A DNA stretch of 64,000 nucleotides from an uncultured virus (IMG/VR IMGVR_UViG_3300023173_001245) (IMGVR_UViG_3300023173_001245); one strand, 5' to 3'; numbered from the stretch's first letter, positions 29,501 through 38,012 are shown. A program made the numbers and translations. Notes: a model not told the origin generated them from the sequence alone.

Positions 29501-30336
29501 TCAAGTTCTGTATGCCCTTGAACATCTAAATCACCACCAACTGATACATCACCACCAAGAGTCAAATCACCACTAAGTGTGGAGATACCAGCAACATAAA
29601 GATTGCCCTGTATATCAGTTTGCTTACCAATTGAAGTAAATCCGGTGATTACACTATCACCAATTACTTCTAATTGATATAGTGGATCAGAATTACCTAC
29701 TCCAAGTTTTCCAGAAACGTAAGCACCACCAGTAACTTGCAGTTTTTGATTACTTATTCCTGTTGAGTAATCATTGTTAATGAGTACCTCACCAACAGTA
29801 TTAATCCGCATTCTATTCGAACCGGATTCAGATGGTCTAACTTGATAGTTTGCTGTTCCAGTTTGGAAGATAATGTGCCCAGCAGTACCACTTCCAGACT
29901 CTGATCTAATATACAGATCGCCAGCATTGTCCTCAAAAGCAGAACTAGATTGACCAGGATCTACAAGAGCAATCCAAGGTCCACTTTGATCAAATACTGT
30001 TAGATTAGCAAATGGATTCGTATATCCGATACTAACATAGGTTGAAATATAAGCACCACCATCAACCTGCAACGTTTGGTTGAAAGTTCCTGTTGATGTG
30101 GCACCACCAACTAAAAGAGTACTCTCTACTGTAGTAACACCAGCAACATATACAGTGTCATCTACACGAAGATTCCCACTTACTCTTTCATTACCTATAA
30201 CATATAAAGAGTTTTCTTCAGCGGTACTGGTTCCAATACCAACCTTACCGATAGTTTGTAAAACGGTACTACTCTCGGTAAATGATGATATACCAAGATT
30301 TAAATTAGATTTTCTGCCGCTGAGAAACTTGCCCAT
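26560..30336 (-). CDS. Tail fibre/virion structural protein
   Basis: HTEL repeats, YHGAFAHVH, twin GDLWW..LK(V/I)YY.DG.S.QWVD modules, C-terminal YHTTKI..HDGS..EYG..GNLRLLATP domain. Confidence 0.75.
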   Translation of the reverse strand: MGKFLSGRKSNLNLGISSFTESSTVLQTIGKVGIGTSTAEENSLYVIGNERVSGNLRVDDTVYVAGVTTVESTLLVGGATSTGTFNQTLQVDGGAYISTYVSIGYTNPFANLTVFDQSGPWIALVDPGQSSSAFEDNAGDLYIRSESGSGTAGHIIFQTGTANYQVRPSESGSNRMRINTVGEVLINNDYSTGISNQKLQVTGGAYVSGKLGVGNSDPLYQLEVIGDSVITGFTSIGKQTDIQGNLYVAGISTLSGDLTLGGDVSVGGDLDVQGHTELDNVNISGVTTIGGNLDANGDLDLEGNIDVNGHSELDNVNVSGTLTAYNLEVTNDFDIHAPDSVFYGNLTIQGDVSIGGTSILLDAETVRIEDKELILGFTTTTTPTDNTANSSGIAVASTEGHYLVPLQVTGINSLPNTYKQWLWYKHNTMGVGTTDAWLTNQAVGIGSTLVPNEIRLAVGDVKVGDFSISARNITGTAATITRGNFEVLDAKTSYIDVGFATHLQGTTLDYIGISSIDHVRSSTLDVTGLTTTRHLKVTHTSLFTGIATFQDDIYLGNDDRINLGGSNDLQIYNDGSNSYIVDDGIGNLNIRGTAAIYFANADGSESYANFNVDGAVELYYDNSRKFETTGYGVTIYNTLEVPQINISGIVTAFDLDVNGHTELNTVNVSGASTFTGDIDANGNLDVEQHTELNTVNVSGASTFGGRIVGAGTSNVIPFLYSNYSDLPDAGTYHGAFAHVHSYGKAFFAHSGAWFEIVNKEITGVVGTGTEIYDIGDLTSTQLNVNGVSTFTSNIDANADLDLEGNLDVNGLTELDDVNISGVTTFGSYLDINSFVDITGPINVGGVSTFTGIGTFQSDLYVGGDLYVADDLVFDEFTARNATLTGNINGDTLIISGLTTFTTGPVLVGTGTSTGTSAQAFQVDSGAYFAGPVGVASTDPNYDLDVNGDINFNGDLYKDGILFVAGVGIGSTEVNPTSGVITPEARVGTGFTDINFVGTGLSITGYGSTVVIDLDSVGGARVSVSTEPPGGARAGDLWWESDTGDLKVYYADGDSTQWVDTNGGENLAVIGEFPPVSPLAGDLWWDSVYGQLKIYYDDGNSQQWVDTSNAGISNYWVSSDPPYVGIHTNYNVGIGTTIPNESLDVHGYISIDDRVSYGTTTAETTTTSQIGIHSAVPVASYRSIDYTIQATEGGNYHTTKITALHDGSTAYYNEYGAIYNTSVVATYDVDVSGGNLRLLATPASSGITTYNIIFDAVKV

Positions 30337-30347
30337 TTCTTATATTA

Positions 30348-30677
30348 TTAGTTAAGTGTTTCCAGAATGCTGACGGTTAATTTCAAATTACTATCGTTGC
30401 TACCAGATAGTTGCAACGAATCACCAGACTCAAGAATCAATCTGCCATTTATAAGACTAAGAGTGTCTTTCCCCTCAATAGGGAAGTCTTTAACAATTTC
30501 AGTAGTAGTTACCGTTCTCTGATGAGAAAGAGAAACAGAATGTGATACAGAATCAATGTTAGCGACTTGTGCTAACAGAACAACACCACTGTACCCAACG
30601 GGAGCAGTGTAGATACCAACAGGACTTGTTGGTGCAACATATGTAACTGTTTTAAATACGTTTAATGGTAAAGCCAT
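30348..30677 (-). CDS. Small ~110-aa virion adaptor-like protein
   Basis: MALPLNVFKT..IYTAP..LILESGDSL..VSILETLN; paralog of 9350..9682. Confidence 0.75.
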   Translation of the reverse strand: MALPLNVFKTVTYVAPTSPVGIYTAPVGYSGVVLLAQVANIDSVSHSVSLSHQRTVTTTEIVKDFPIEGKDTLSLINGRLILESGDSLQLSGSNDSNLKLTVSILETLN

Positions 30678-30681
30678 TTTA

Positions 30682-32556
30682 TTAATTTCCTCCTAGTGCT
30701 AGAATTAATGGCGTCACGTTTGCAAACAAACTCTTCGAATAGAAATTACCAGAAATAGTTCCAGTCAATTGATTGATAATAACACCTTCACCAATTCTAA
30801 AGTTTCCAGCCTGATCGGTACTGGTATAAACGACCAATCCACCATTAGTCATATCAACTTCATTATCTTGAATTACAATACCACCATTCTTAGGAAGAGC
30901 AGCGGCAATAGTTGTACCAGATCCAACATACTCAAAAGAATGACCAGATGCTAGCAAACGACTTTGCTTAAAGAATGGAACTGTAGTTCCTACTCCAACA
31001 GAGAATGGAATATTTTCATTAACAGTTATAGTACATATTCCAGATGAAGTAATTTCTGTCGAACTTTCAATAGCAAAGTATGAAGGAAGAGTTTTAACAT
31101 ATCCCGTTGCCGTATTAAAACCAACGTCTGGAGCAGAAAAAGTTACACTAGGTGTAGTAGTATAACCTCTTCCACTTGAAATCAATAAAACGTCACTAAC
31201 AGACCCATCTAGAGTTTCTGCAGCTGCAGTGGCAGTAATTCCCCATTCAGTGGATGGGTCATCAATAGTTACTGTTGGTGGAGAAGTATATCCAGTTCCA
31301 CCAGAACTAACAACAACTTTAGAAACTGTGTTGTAGAGATGGTCAAAATAAACAACTTGACCATCAAAAGGTCTAGTAACATTTACAGAAACACTTCCAG
31401 GACTATAAAAAGTGTGGCGAATCGTTGAAACAGATCCAACATTTACTTCAAAAGTTGTAGTTGATGGAGTTGCTTTAACCTCAAAAACGTATCCATTATT
31501 TCCTGATGGATAATATAGTGGTGTTACTCCACCATCATAATCACAAGTAAATCCAACACCGTTAAGTGTAACACCCATTCCAACGTTAAACCCATGAGCA
31601 GATGCTGTGGTTGCCGTTAAAACGCCAGTAATATGATCATAATCAGCACCAGTGACTTGTAAGGTGCTCACACCAACATTAACTGTAAATACTGATGAAT
31701 TAACTGGTGCTGATTCAAGAAGAGTTCCAGAGAACTTTAACGGACTCACACCATCAGAAACTAATCCGTAGTTACCAAATGATGAGTTTGAGTTGGTTAG
31801 GTCGCAAGCACCACCAGAACCAGTAAATACAGCAGTTTCATCACAGATAGTAAAGAGAGAAACTAACTGAGCATATCCCTCGTTCGTAATAGATGCTCCA
31901 ATTCCTGCTTCATTATACTGAGTATAAGAGTCAAGAACCATTGACTTCAATGGTCCAAGAGCATGATTTCCATCGACTCTCAGACCAATACTTCTTGGGA
32001 TAAAGTTTGTGCAGTTTTGAATATAAGGAGATTGTGCAAAATATTTGATATCATTTGGATTGAAAGCAAAGATTGCTCCAGTATTGGCCGAACCAACAAA
32101 TGACATCTCGGTAATATAATTACCAGGACTTACATAAAAGAGATCACCTTGATTTTGTGGAGTAACCGATACCTCTCTCAGATTATCTCCAACAATACTT
32201 ATTTGAGATGGAAGTGCAATAGGATTATCTTCTAGATAAGTCCCAGCACTAACTTTAATAACAGTTCCTGCTGTTGCGATTCCAACTGCTGCTTTGATTG
32301 TTCGTTTGGCGTCTCCGAGTTTGACTCCTGTGTTGTCGTCGTCTCCGTCTGTTGTGACATATAAAACATTAGTGACTTCTGTACCGGCGGTAAGATTAAC
32401 AACCTCCGTAGCGATACCAGTAGCTGCAAACCTATCTCTTATCGTAAATAGGTTCGCATCATAAGTGTTAAGAGCTAATTCTCCCGTCTGTAAATCGGAA
32501 ACCTGGGGAATTTTTCCAGGCACCGCAGATCGTTTGATTCTATACGGTGTTGCCAT
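30682..32556 (-). CDS. Virion structural/tail fibre base protein
   Basis: N-terminal RIKRSAVPGK.P...L..GELALN (common tail-fibre N-terminal module), beta-helix-like domain, GGTGYTSPPTV repeats, C-terminal PLILALGGN. Confidence 0.75.
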   Translation of the reverse strand: MATPYRIKRSAVPGKIPQVSDLQTGELALNTYDANLFTIRDRFAATGIATEVVNLTAGTEVTNVLYVTTDGDDDNTGVKLGDAKRTIKAAVGIATAGTVIKVSAGTYLEDNPIALPSQISIVGDNLREVSVTPQNQGDLFYVSPGNYITEMSFVGSANTGAIFAFNPNDIKYFAQSPYIQNCTNFIPRSIGLRVDGNHALGPLKSMVLDSYTQYNEAGIGASITNEGYAQLVSLFTICDETAVFTGSGGACDLTNSNSSFGNYGLVSDGVSPLKFSGTLLESAPVNSSVFTVNVGVSTLQVTGADYDHITGVLTATTASAHGFNVGMGVTLNGVGFTCDYDGGVTPLYYPSGNNGYVFEVKATPSTTTFEVNVGSVSTIRHTFYSPGSVSVNVTRPFDGQVVYFDHLYNTVSKVVVSSGGTGYTSPPTVTIDDPSTEWGITATAAAETLDGSVSDVLLISSGRGYTTTPSVTFSAPDVGFNTATGYVKTLPSYFAIESSTEITSSGICTITVNENIPFSVGVGTTVPFFKQSRLLASGHSFEYVGSGTTIAAALPKNGGIVIQDNEVDMTNGGLVVYTSTDQAGNFRIGEGVIINQLTGTISGNFYSKSLFANVTPLILALGGN

Positions 32557-32613
32557 TTATCGCATTCGGTATGTACCAAAAGAAGCAGTATATACTGCCT
32601 TTGATTTATTTAT

Positions 32614-32985
32614 TCAAGTTGCGTTATTCCTTCTTGGGCGATACGCAAACAAGTTAGTCGGTGGATCTGGTTTCATCCAGTCCTTAATTTTTTCATATCT
32701 CTGAATACTAAAAAACTCCTGAGAAAGATACCAATCTTCCCAAGGAGTATGACCTTTATCTTGATTGCAATCATGGCAGGCACACACAACATTCTTTGTG
32801 TAGTCTGCTCCACCCTTTGAACGGGGAACAATGTGATCTAATGTGAGTCCTTCTTCAGACCCACAATAGGCACATTTATTACCCCATTCTTCCTTTATCT
32901 TCCTCCTCCACATTCTTTTCGCTTCTGCCGAACTTGTTGTCTGGAGATTGAAGACATAGGCTTGCGGGGAGTTGTATAGGGGCAT
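32614..32985 (-). CDS. HNH endonuclease
   Basis: CAYCG..LTLDHIVPRSKGG....NVVCACHDCNQDKG. Confidence 0.9.
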   Translation of the reverse strand: MPLYNSPQAYVFNLQTTSSAEAKRMWRRKIKEEWGNKCAYCGSEEGLTLDHIVPRSKGGADYTKNVVCACHDCNQDKGHTPWEDWYLSQEFFSIQRYEKIKDWMKPDPPTNLFAYRPRRNNAT

Positions 32986-33006
32986 AAAAGAATTTTGCCG
33001 TTTTAG

Positions 33007-33162
33007 TTATTTATTTGTTTTGAAATCAACATGTTTCTTTTTACATGCTCCACGTGCCCATGCTCTTGCCATGCTGTCTACATGAGAACAAGGTTTTCCT
33101 TTCTCACCACAGTAGGGACACTTAGCATCATTTGGATCATTAGGGTATGAAAACTTCGGCAT
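33007..33162 (-). CDS. Small Cys-rich hypothetical protein (51 aa)
   Basis: Manual translation MPKFSYPNDPNDAKCPYCGEKGKPCSHVDSMARAWARGACKKKHVDFKTNK; fills the gap; below the ORF-track cutoff. Confidence 0.65.
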   Translation of the reverse strand: MPKFSYPNDPNDAKCPYCGEKGKPCSHVDSMARAWARGACKKKHVDFKTNK

Positions 33163-33406
33163 TGTCTTCCTCTAAGATAGGTTGAACTTCCCATGATCCA
33201 CCAACACCACCATCCATATTCACAACAATATCCCGAGTAGGAAGTTGCTTACCGAAAGATACATCAACAATATCACCAGGATAAGGTGTAAATTGATAGT
33301 AGTGTCCATCACCTTTCATGGCAACAAGAGTGGTTGCATCTTGAAGAGATCCACAATCAGCAATCTTTTTACCACCTGGTTGAAATACAGAATAAAAACC
33401 GTTCAT
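33140..33406 (-). CDS. Hypothetical protein
   Basis: 88-aa ORF with ATGA coupling to the upstream gene. Confidence 0.7.
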   Translation of the reverse strand: MNGFYSVFQPGGKKIADCGSLQDATTLVAMKGDGHYYQFTPYPGDIVDVSFGKQLPTRDIVVNMDGGVGGSWEVQPILEEDNAEVFIP

Positions 33407-33720
33407 TTCTTTTCGTATGGGTGTGCCTGTTTCAAATCAGGATTTGGTTGGGAAGGAACTACTGGGTTCCTAGTTACATTTTCAATTACAATAAAGGCAT
33501 CACTTTGATAACTTACTGTACCATAAGGTTTTGCCCACTTGGGGTTAGCACCTTCAGTCTGGTGAATGCCGCTGTTGGCAACTCCACCAATCTTGACACG
33601 AAGTTCATCATTTGGATCCCAATCCATCTTACCAAGAGCAATTGCTAGTTGCCCTAGCATATCAGCACTTGGGAATTTCTCTTTCATCACATTTTCCTCT
33701 GGTTCCAGGTTTCCGATCAT
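33403..33720 (-). CDS. Hypothetical cyanophage protein
   Basis: 105-aa ORF downstream of an extended -10 promoter. Confidence 0.7.
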   Translation of the reverse strand: MIGNLEPEENVMKEKFPSADMLGQLAIALGKMDWDPNDELRVKIGGVANSGIHQTEGANPKWAKPYGTVSYQSDAFIVIENVTRNPVVPSQPNPDLKQAHPYEKK

Positions 33721-33758
33721 CTCTTTTCAAGTAGTAAAGATTTGGCCAAGTATCCATT

Positions 33759-33787
33759 ATTATAGCACGAAGTTTGTCTGGTGTCTC
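33759..33787 (-). promoter_or_regulatory. sigma70-type promoter with extended -10
   Basis: GAGACA-N17-TATAAT with TGn immediately before the -10 box. Confidence 0.55.
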
Positions 33788-33791
33788 AGAA

Positions 33792-34451
33792 CTAATCATT
33801 CCCCTGAACAGAGTCCCAATCTTTTTGGAATTGCTCAAGACCCTTGTCGGTCAGAACGTTTTTGTACATTCCCCAAAAAACTTTAGGAGGAATAGTAACT
33901 ACATCAGTTCCAGCAAGAGCACATTGTTCTACTTGACGTACATCACGAACTGATGCACTCAAAATTTGAGTCGTTGTAAATTGACCGTTGCCAGTATATG
34001 CCTGACGAATATCCTTAATAAGTCCAATACCATCAATAGAATTGTCCATCCAACGACCGACAAATGGTGAGACATATGCTGCACCTGCTTTCTCTGCAAG
34101 GATTGCCTGAGCAACAGAAAAAATTAGAGTTACATTAACCTTATACTGATTCATTGCAAGTGCCGTACAAGCTTTGAGACCCTCAACTGTACATGGAACT
34201 TTAATAGTTACGTTCCACAAACCATTGAATGCTTGTGCTTGATCTATCATCTCTTCGGCAGTATCAGCAACGACTTCTGCAGAAACGGATTGCAAACTAG
34301 AGAAAGAAGTAGAGATCTCTTTAATAACTTCTACCGGATCTCTTCCACTTTTTTTGATAAGAGTTGGATTAGTCGTTACCCCATTTACTAATCCAGTTTC
34401 ATGTGCCTTTGCAATTTCGGTAACGTCGGCGGTATCTAGAAAAATTTTCAT
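33792..34451 (-). CDS. talC: Transaldolase (TalC/FSA family)
   Basis: MKIFLDTAD, GVTTNPTLI, IKVP (Schiff-base Lys), NVTLIFS, YVSPFVGR. Confidence 0.97.
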   Translation of the reverse strand: MKIFLDTADVTEIAKAHETGLVNGVTTNPTLIKKSGRDPVEVIKEISTSFSSLQSVSAEVVADTAEEMIDQAQAFNGLWNVTIKVPCTVEGLKACTALAMNQYKVNVTLIFSVAQAILAEKAGAAYVSPFVGRWMDNSIDGIGLIKDIRQAYTGNGQFTTTQILSASVRDVRQVEQCALAGTDVVTIPPKVFWGMYKNVLTDKGLEQFQKDWDSVQGND

Positions 34452-34582
34452 GGATTGTGATTCTTGTTTTCCTTAATTTTTTGATATCCCCAAACAGCGA
34501 GGGTGCCGATACCTAGACCAGCAATACAACAGAGTAACATATGAATAATGTGTTCGAAGGTTGTGTGATCAGCGTGGTTCAT
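34448..34582 (-). CDS. Small membrane protein (44 aa)
   Basis: MNHADHTTFEHIIHMLLCCIAGLGIGTLAVWGYQKIKENKNHNP; stop overlaps the talC start. Confidence 0.65.
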   Translation of the reverse strand: MNHADHTTFEHIIHMLLCCIAGLGIGTLAVWGYQKIKENKNHNP

Positions 34583-34665
34583 CATTTAGGTTTTTTAACG
34601 GGAAAGGTTGATTCCATTGCCGTAGTCAACAGCAATGCAAATCCAAAAACAAATAAGTGTTCCAT
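34582..34665 (-). CDS. Micro-protein (27 aa, hydrophobic)
   Basis: MEHLFVFGFALLLTTAMESTFPVKKPK; TGATG coupling to the next ORF. Confidence 0.55.
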   Translation of the reverse strand: MEHLFVFGFALLLTTAMESTFPVKKPK

Positions 34666-34666
34666 G

Positions 34667-34789
34667 TCATCCAAAGTACATTACACTAAGAGTAAATACA
34701 ACAAAGATGATGACCGTGAAGATCATCAATCCTACACCTGCCCAGGGAACCCAGGCAGGCATAGGTTCATAGTTGTGGTTATGAGACAT
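34667..34789 (-). CDS. Small single-pass membrane protein (40 aa)
   Basis: MSHNHNYEPMPAWVPWAGVGLMIFTVIIFVVFTLSVMYFG; overlaps the petE stop. Confidence 0.6.
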   Translation of the reverse strand: MSHNHNYEPMPAWVPWAGVGLMIFTVIIFVVFTLSVMYFG

Positions 34790-35102
34790 GTAGTGTTCCA
34801 ATCATACCAGCACCCTTGTGAGGATCACACCAGAAGGTATAGTCTCCTGCTTCGGGGAAGGTGATATCAAAACTCTCACCAGGAGCAAAAGCAAGGTCTC
34901 CGTGTGAGAGTTCGGGGTGATCTTCAACGATCACATTATGGGGTGGGAGCATACCATTCACAAAATGAACGGTGTCTCCTGCGGATATTGTAACATCTGC
35001 TGGGTCAAAAATCAAGTTACCATTTGATCCCATTGTAATATCTACTGCCCAGGCGGGAGCAGCAAAAAGAATTGTAGCAAACAGTGCAAGAAGAAACTTC
35101 AT
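34779..35102 (-). CDS. petE: Plastocyanin
   Basis: Signal peptide ending APAWA; PHNV; YTFWCDPHKGAGM (His/Cys/His/Met ligands). Confidence 0.97.
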   Translation of the reverse strand: MKFLLALFATILFAAPAWAVDITMGSNGNLIFDPADVTISAGDTVHFVNGMLPPHNVIVEDHPELSHGDLAFAPGESFDITFPEAGDYTFWCDPHKGAGMIGTLHVS

Positions 35103-35121
35103 TAGGTATTTGTAACTATCA

Positions 35122-35346
35122 CTATCTAGGAGGTTTTCTTTTCCCAGGAAACAATTCTATGTCTTTATACCGTGGGTTTGTTAGGAATTCCTGATGAATC
35201 ATTTCACCAAGTTCATCAGCACACTTACACCACTCTTTTCTCAGTTCTTTTGCCTTTGGGTCTTTATTACAATACAACTCAAACCATTCACGCCATAGGA
35301 CAGCACATTCATCAGACTTCTTTTGAAGATGTGGTTCCCTATACAC
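35122..35346 (-). CDS. Hypothetical cyanophage protein
   Basis: 74-aa ORF, co-oriented, fills the gap. Confidence 0.65.
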   Translation of the reverse strand: MYREPHLQKKSDECAVLWREWFELYCNKDPKAKELRKEWCKCADELGEMIHQEFLTNPRYKDIELFPGKRKPPR

Positions 35347-35389
35347 GGGAGGAACCCTCTGTTTGGGTTGTGTGCCCTAGACTACATTA

Positions 35390-36055
35390 CTATTTAACGA
35401 AGTACATGCGGCGACGATACTGCTCACCAGGACAATTTTCAAGGTGGTCAATCTCTTCTTCTGGGAGGAAGTTGATACCTCCAAGCAGTTTGGCACCAAT
35501 GAAAATATCAGCAGACTTCTCACACATTAAAGTGGCAGCAGCACAATCCTTTTGGTAGGGGGATGCTGTAATGATACCATGATTTTCCAAAAGAACTAAC
35601 TTAGGAAAGTATCCATGCTCATCAACGAAAGCACCAACATACTTCTCTACATTTTTGAGTAGGCGAGCACCAGGAGGAGCATAAGGAACAAGGCAGGATA
35701 CGACACCGTTTCTTACGATCTGATCTGGGAACCAACGTTGATAAGCAAAATCTTCTATCGCAGGAGAACAAAGAATCTGTGTGGTCTTTGGTGGATGTGT
35801 ATGAGCAATATAATTGATTTCTGGAAAGTGCTTCATAATCCATGCATGGAATAGCACTTCAATACTTGGTTTCTTTTGATTTGGATTAATCTGTTTAGCG
35901 TCGGTATTTACTAATACTAAGTCTTCGTCTGTTAATGTATGAAGACTTGTGCCACTTGCTTTAATCAAAAATACATCTTCTTTCCATCTTTCTGATACAT
36001 TTCCTTCACCACAGATAGTATAGTCAGCAATGGTATGTGCGAGGTCTAGTAGCAT
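35390..36055 (-). CDS. Class II aldolase/adducin family protein
   Basis: EGNVS.R, IKASG, KPSIE..FH, IAHTHP, LLENHG. Confidence 0.9.
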   Translation of the reverse strand: MLLDLAHTIADYTICGEGNVSERWKEDVFLIKASGTSLHTLTDEDLVLVNTDAKQINPNQKKPSIEVLFHAWIMKHFPEINYIAHTHPPKTTQILCSPAIEDFAYQRWFPDQIVRNGVVSCLVPYAPPGARLLKNVEKYVGAFVDEHGYFPKLVLLENHGIITASPYQKDCAAATLMCEKSADIFIGAKLLGGINFLPEEEIDHLENCPGEQYRRRMYFVK

Positions 36056-36072
36056 TTACCTATTGTAAAATT

Positions 36073-36285
36073 TTATTTAGAGTTTGCACAAGATGTTAAT
36101 TGTGGTTTTGTTTGGTAATCAACATCATCCCAATGCCTCACTGCGTTAGCCACGATAGCGATATTAGTAACCATGTAACAAATAAGAATAATGGTGCGTA
36201 TGCCAGCAATAGTATCTGCTTCTCGATCATCTCTTCCTTCCTTTGCTCCTAATGCCTTTGCCCAAATTCTCCAAATCTTATTCAT
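36073..36285 (-). CDS. Hypothetical membrane protein
   Basis: WRIWAKALG..AD.IA.IRT plus a hydrophobic helix. Confidence 0.7.
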   Translation of the reverse strand: MNKIWRIWAKALGAKEGRDDREADTIAGIRTIILICYMVTNIAIVANAVRHWDDVDYQTKPQLTSCANSK

Positions 36286-36454
36286 CCAACTTAATCTCTC
36301 TCATTCCTTTAACTTCAACACCACGTTTAATCATTGACATCATTGCTTGTTGTGCCGAAACCATATCAAAGTGAACGGCAACTCTATTTTTACCCCAAAG
36401 CATATAATCAACTCCATAGAATCCATACTTTAAAGGGTCTCTAAATCTTGCCAT
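36278..36454 (-). CDS. Hypothetical protein (58 aa)
   Basis: Manual translation MARFRDPLKYGFYGVDYMLWGKNRVAVHFDMVSAQQAMMSMIKRGVEVKGMREIKLDE. Confidence 0.6.
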   Translation of the reverse strand: MARFRDPLKYGFYGVDYMLWGKNRVAVHFDMVSAQQAMMSMIKRGVEVKGMREIKLDE

Positions 36455-36478
36455 AAAAAAGGAGGGTTCGAACCCTCC
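36455..36478 (-). terminator. Intrinsic terminator
   Basis: GGAGGGT-TCGA-ACCCTCC followed by a T6 run on the minus strand. Confidence 0.8.
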
Positions 36479-36493
36479 AATTTTATCAAAATT

Positions 36494-36874
36494 TTATTCG
36501 TCAGTCAAATGGTCGGCACAAGCTAGTGTGTCACAAGGAGGACATTCTTTGTTAATGTGATAAGCACTAATGGCAGCTTCGAGTGCTTCAGTCACATTCT
36601 CTTTGAAAGAACGATAAGGAATGAAGAGTTCATCATCTTCAGTCTTATAGTCCTGGTGTGTCTCTTTGAACTTACGATCTACATCATACAGGAGATTTGT
36701 TACGATGTCATTGATGACTTCCATGTGTCCAGATGTGAGTCCATTCCAGGATGTATTGGGGAAAAGATCATCCTTGACACGATCTAGCAGTGCTCTTTTA
36801 CAATGCCACTGACTATCAAAGATCTGGGTAAATGCTTCCCAGTCGTGGTTAGATTTGAAATGTGGGATACTCAT
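36494..36874 (-). CDS. Hypothetical protein
   Basis: 126-aa ORF with ATGA coupling. Confidence 0.7.
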   Translation of the reverse strand: MSIPHFKSNHDWEAFTQIFDSQWHCKRALLDRVKDDLFPNTSWNGLTSGHMEVINDIVTNLLYDVDRKFKETHQDYKTEDDELFIPYRSFKENVTEALEAAISAYHINKECPPCDTLACADHLTDE

Positions 36875-37026
36875 TTGTTTTTAATACTCCATTCTGGTCT
36901 AATGTACGAATAATTTAGATAGTCCCAAAAAATATTTTCATAATCCTCAAGGTCGAATTCAGGATCTGTCCCATCATATGACATTAGTTCTCTCCAATGC
37001 ATAAAACATCTTTTAAAGAGTTTCAT
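36871..37026 (-). CDS. Hypothetical protein (51 aa)
   Basis: MKLFKRCFMHWRELMSYDGTDPEFDLEDYENIFWDYLNYSYIRPEWSIKNK; ATGA overlaps at both ends. Confidence 0.65.
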   Translation of the reverse strand: MKLFKRCFMHWRELMSYDGTDPEFDLEDYENIFWDYLNYSYIRPEWSIKNK

Positions 37027-37271
37027 TTGTTATTCTCACAATAAAGGAAATACTTGTACTCGGCAACTTGATGTGGTGCGTATCTTACTATATCACATCC
37101 TTTGTAGGTGTCAACCACCTCAAATGATGCTTCGTTGATTGGTTTATCACCAGCGGTAAAGTATGCTAGTACAATCAGAATAGTAATGAGGATAACAGCA
37201 CAAGCAGCAAATACACCAGCACCACGCATAAACTCTTTGAGAGCATACTTATCTTCTTCAGTCATTAACAC
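37023..37271 (-). CDS. Hypothetical membrane protein
   Basis: One TM helix, then FEVVDTYKGCDIVRY...YFLYC. Confidence 0.7.
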   Translation of the reverse strand: MLMTEEDKYALKEFMRGAGVFAACAVILITILIVLAYFTAGDKPINEASFEVVDTYKGCDIVRYAPHQVAEYKYFLYCENNK

Positions 37272-37543
37272 TCATCCATTCCAAGATAATCAATCTGTTT
37301 TTCATCTATTACACCCCAATCCCATGTACGCTCAAGAATACCAATATCAAAACCAAACCTATACGCCCAGAATATAATACTCAGTACACTACCAGTTCCA
37401 GATTTGACTTGAATATATGGCCAACTGGGATAATCATTCCAACTGACTGATGCTTGAAACAGTGCCAAACGCTTTGTGAATAATACCTGAACATGCCAAT
37501 CATGTCCAAAGTCTTCACGATGAGAAAGTTTGATAATGTTCAT
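37265..37543 (-). CDS. Hypothetical protein
   Basis: 92-aa ORF coupled to its neighbours. Confidence 0.7.
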   Translation of the reverse strand: MNIIKLSHREDFGHDWHVQVLFTKRLALFQASVSWNDYPSWPYIQVKSGTGSVLSIIFWAYRFGFDIGILERTWDWGVIDEKQIDYLGMDEC

Positions 37544-37932
37544 TGTTCCATCCCTATCAGATCTTTTTGTTGTTGCATCTTCAGATAAGCGACCTCTTTA
37601 TCACGCTCTTTCCACTCTTCAAACTTTTTGTCCAGGTCTTCATCCATGGTGAGTTCATACTCAGCACATACCTTACGCTGTTCTTCCTCACGCACACAGT
37701 CATTGAATACCAATGACATAGCAGCAGAGCGAATAGATTGGGGATCCATGCCTACACAGAGCATGAACTTCTCAAACAGTTTGAAATACTGTTTGCAGTT
37801 GAGATCTGCTGCTGGTGCTGTGATCTTGTAATGCTCTTCAGGAATGTAATCATCACTAGTCCAGGATGATGTACCATATGTGGGAGTGAACGTAGCATCA
37901 AATTTGAATTGAACTTCTGCTTCGTAGGTCAT
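37540..37932 (-). CDS. Hypothetical protein, first gene of an early operon
   Basis: 130-aa ORF directly after an early promoter. Confidence 0.75.
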   Translation of the reverse strand: MTYEAEVQFKFDATFTPTYGTSSWTSDDYIPEEHYKITAPAADLNCKQYFKLFEKFMLCVGMDPQSIRSAAMSLVFNDCVREEEQRKVCAEYELTMDEDLDKKFEEWKERDKEVAYLKMQQQKDLIGMEQ

Positions 37933-37955
37933 GGTGCCTGATTGACTATGAGAGT

Positions 37956-38012
37956 ATTATACAATAAAAAAGCACCCCCGTAAAGGAGTGCTGTGACGGT
38001 TGTGGAAGTGGT
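37956..38012 (-). promoter_or_regulatory. Early promoter overlapping an intrinsic terminator hairpin
   Basis: TTTACG-N17-TATAAT; hairpin AGCACTCC-TTTAC-GGGGGTGCT plus T-run; upstream CCACTTCCACAACCGTCAC. Confidence 0.65.

Noticed and set aside
9689..30336. Invertible tail-fibre switch (Gin/Cin or shufflon type)
   Set aside because: All genes and repeats are in direct orientation, with no invertase or inverted crossover sites seen
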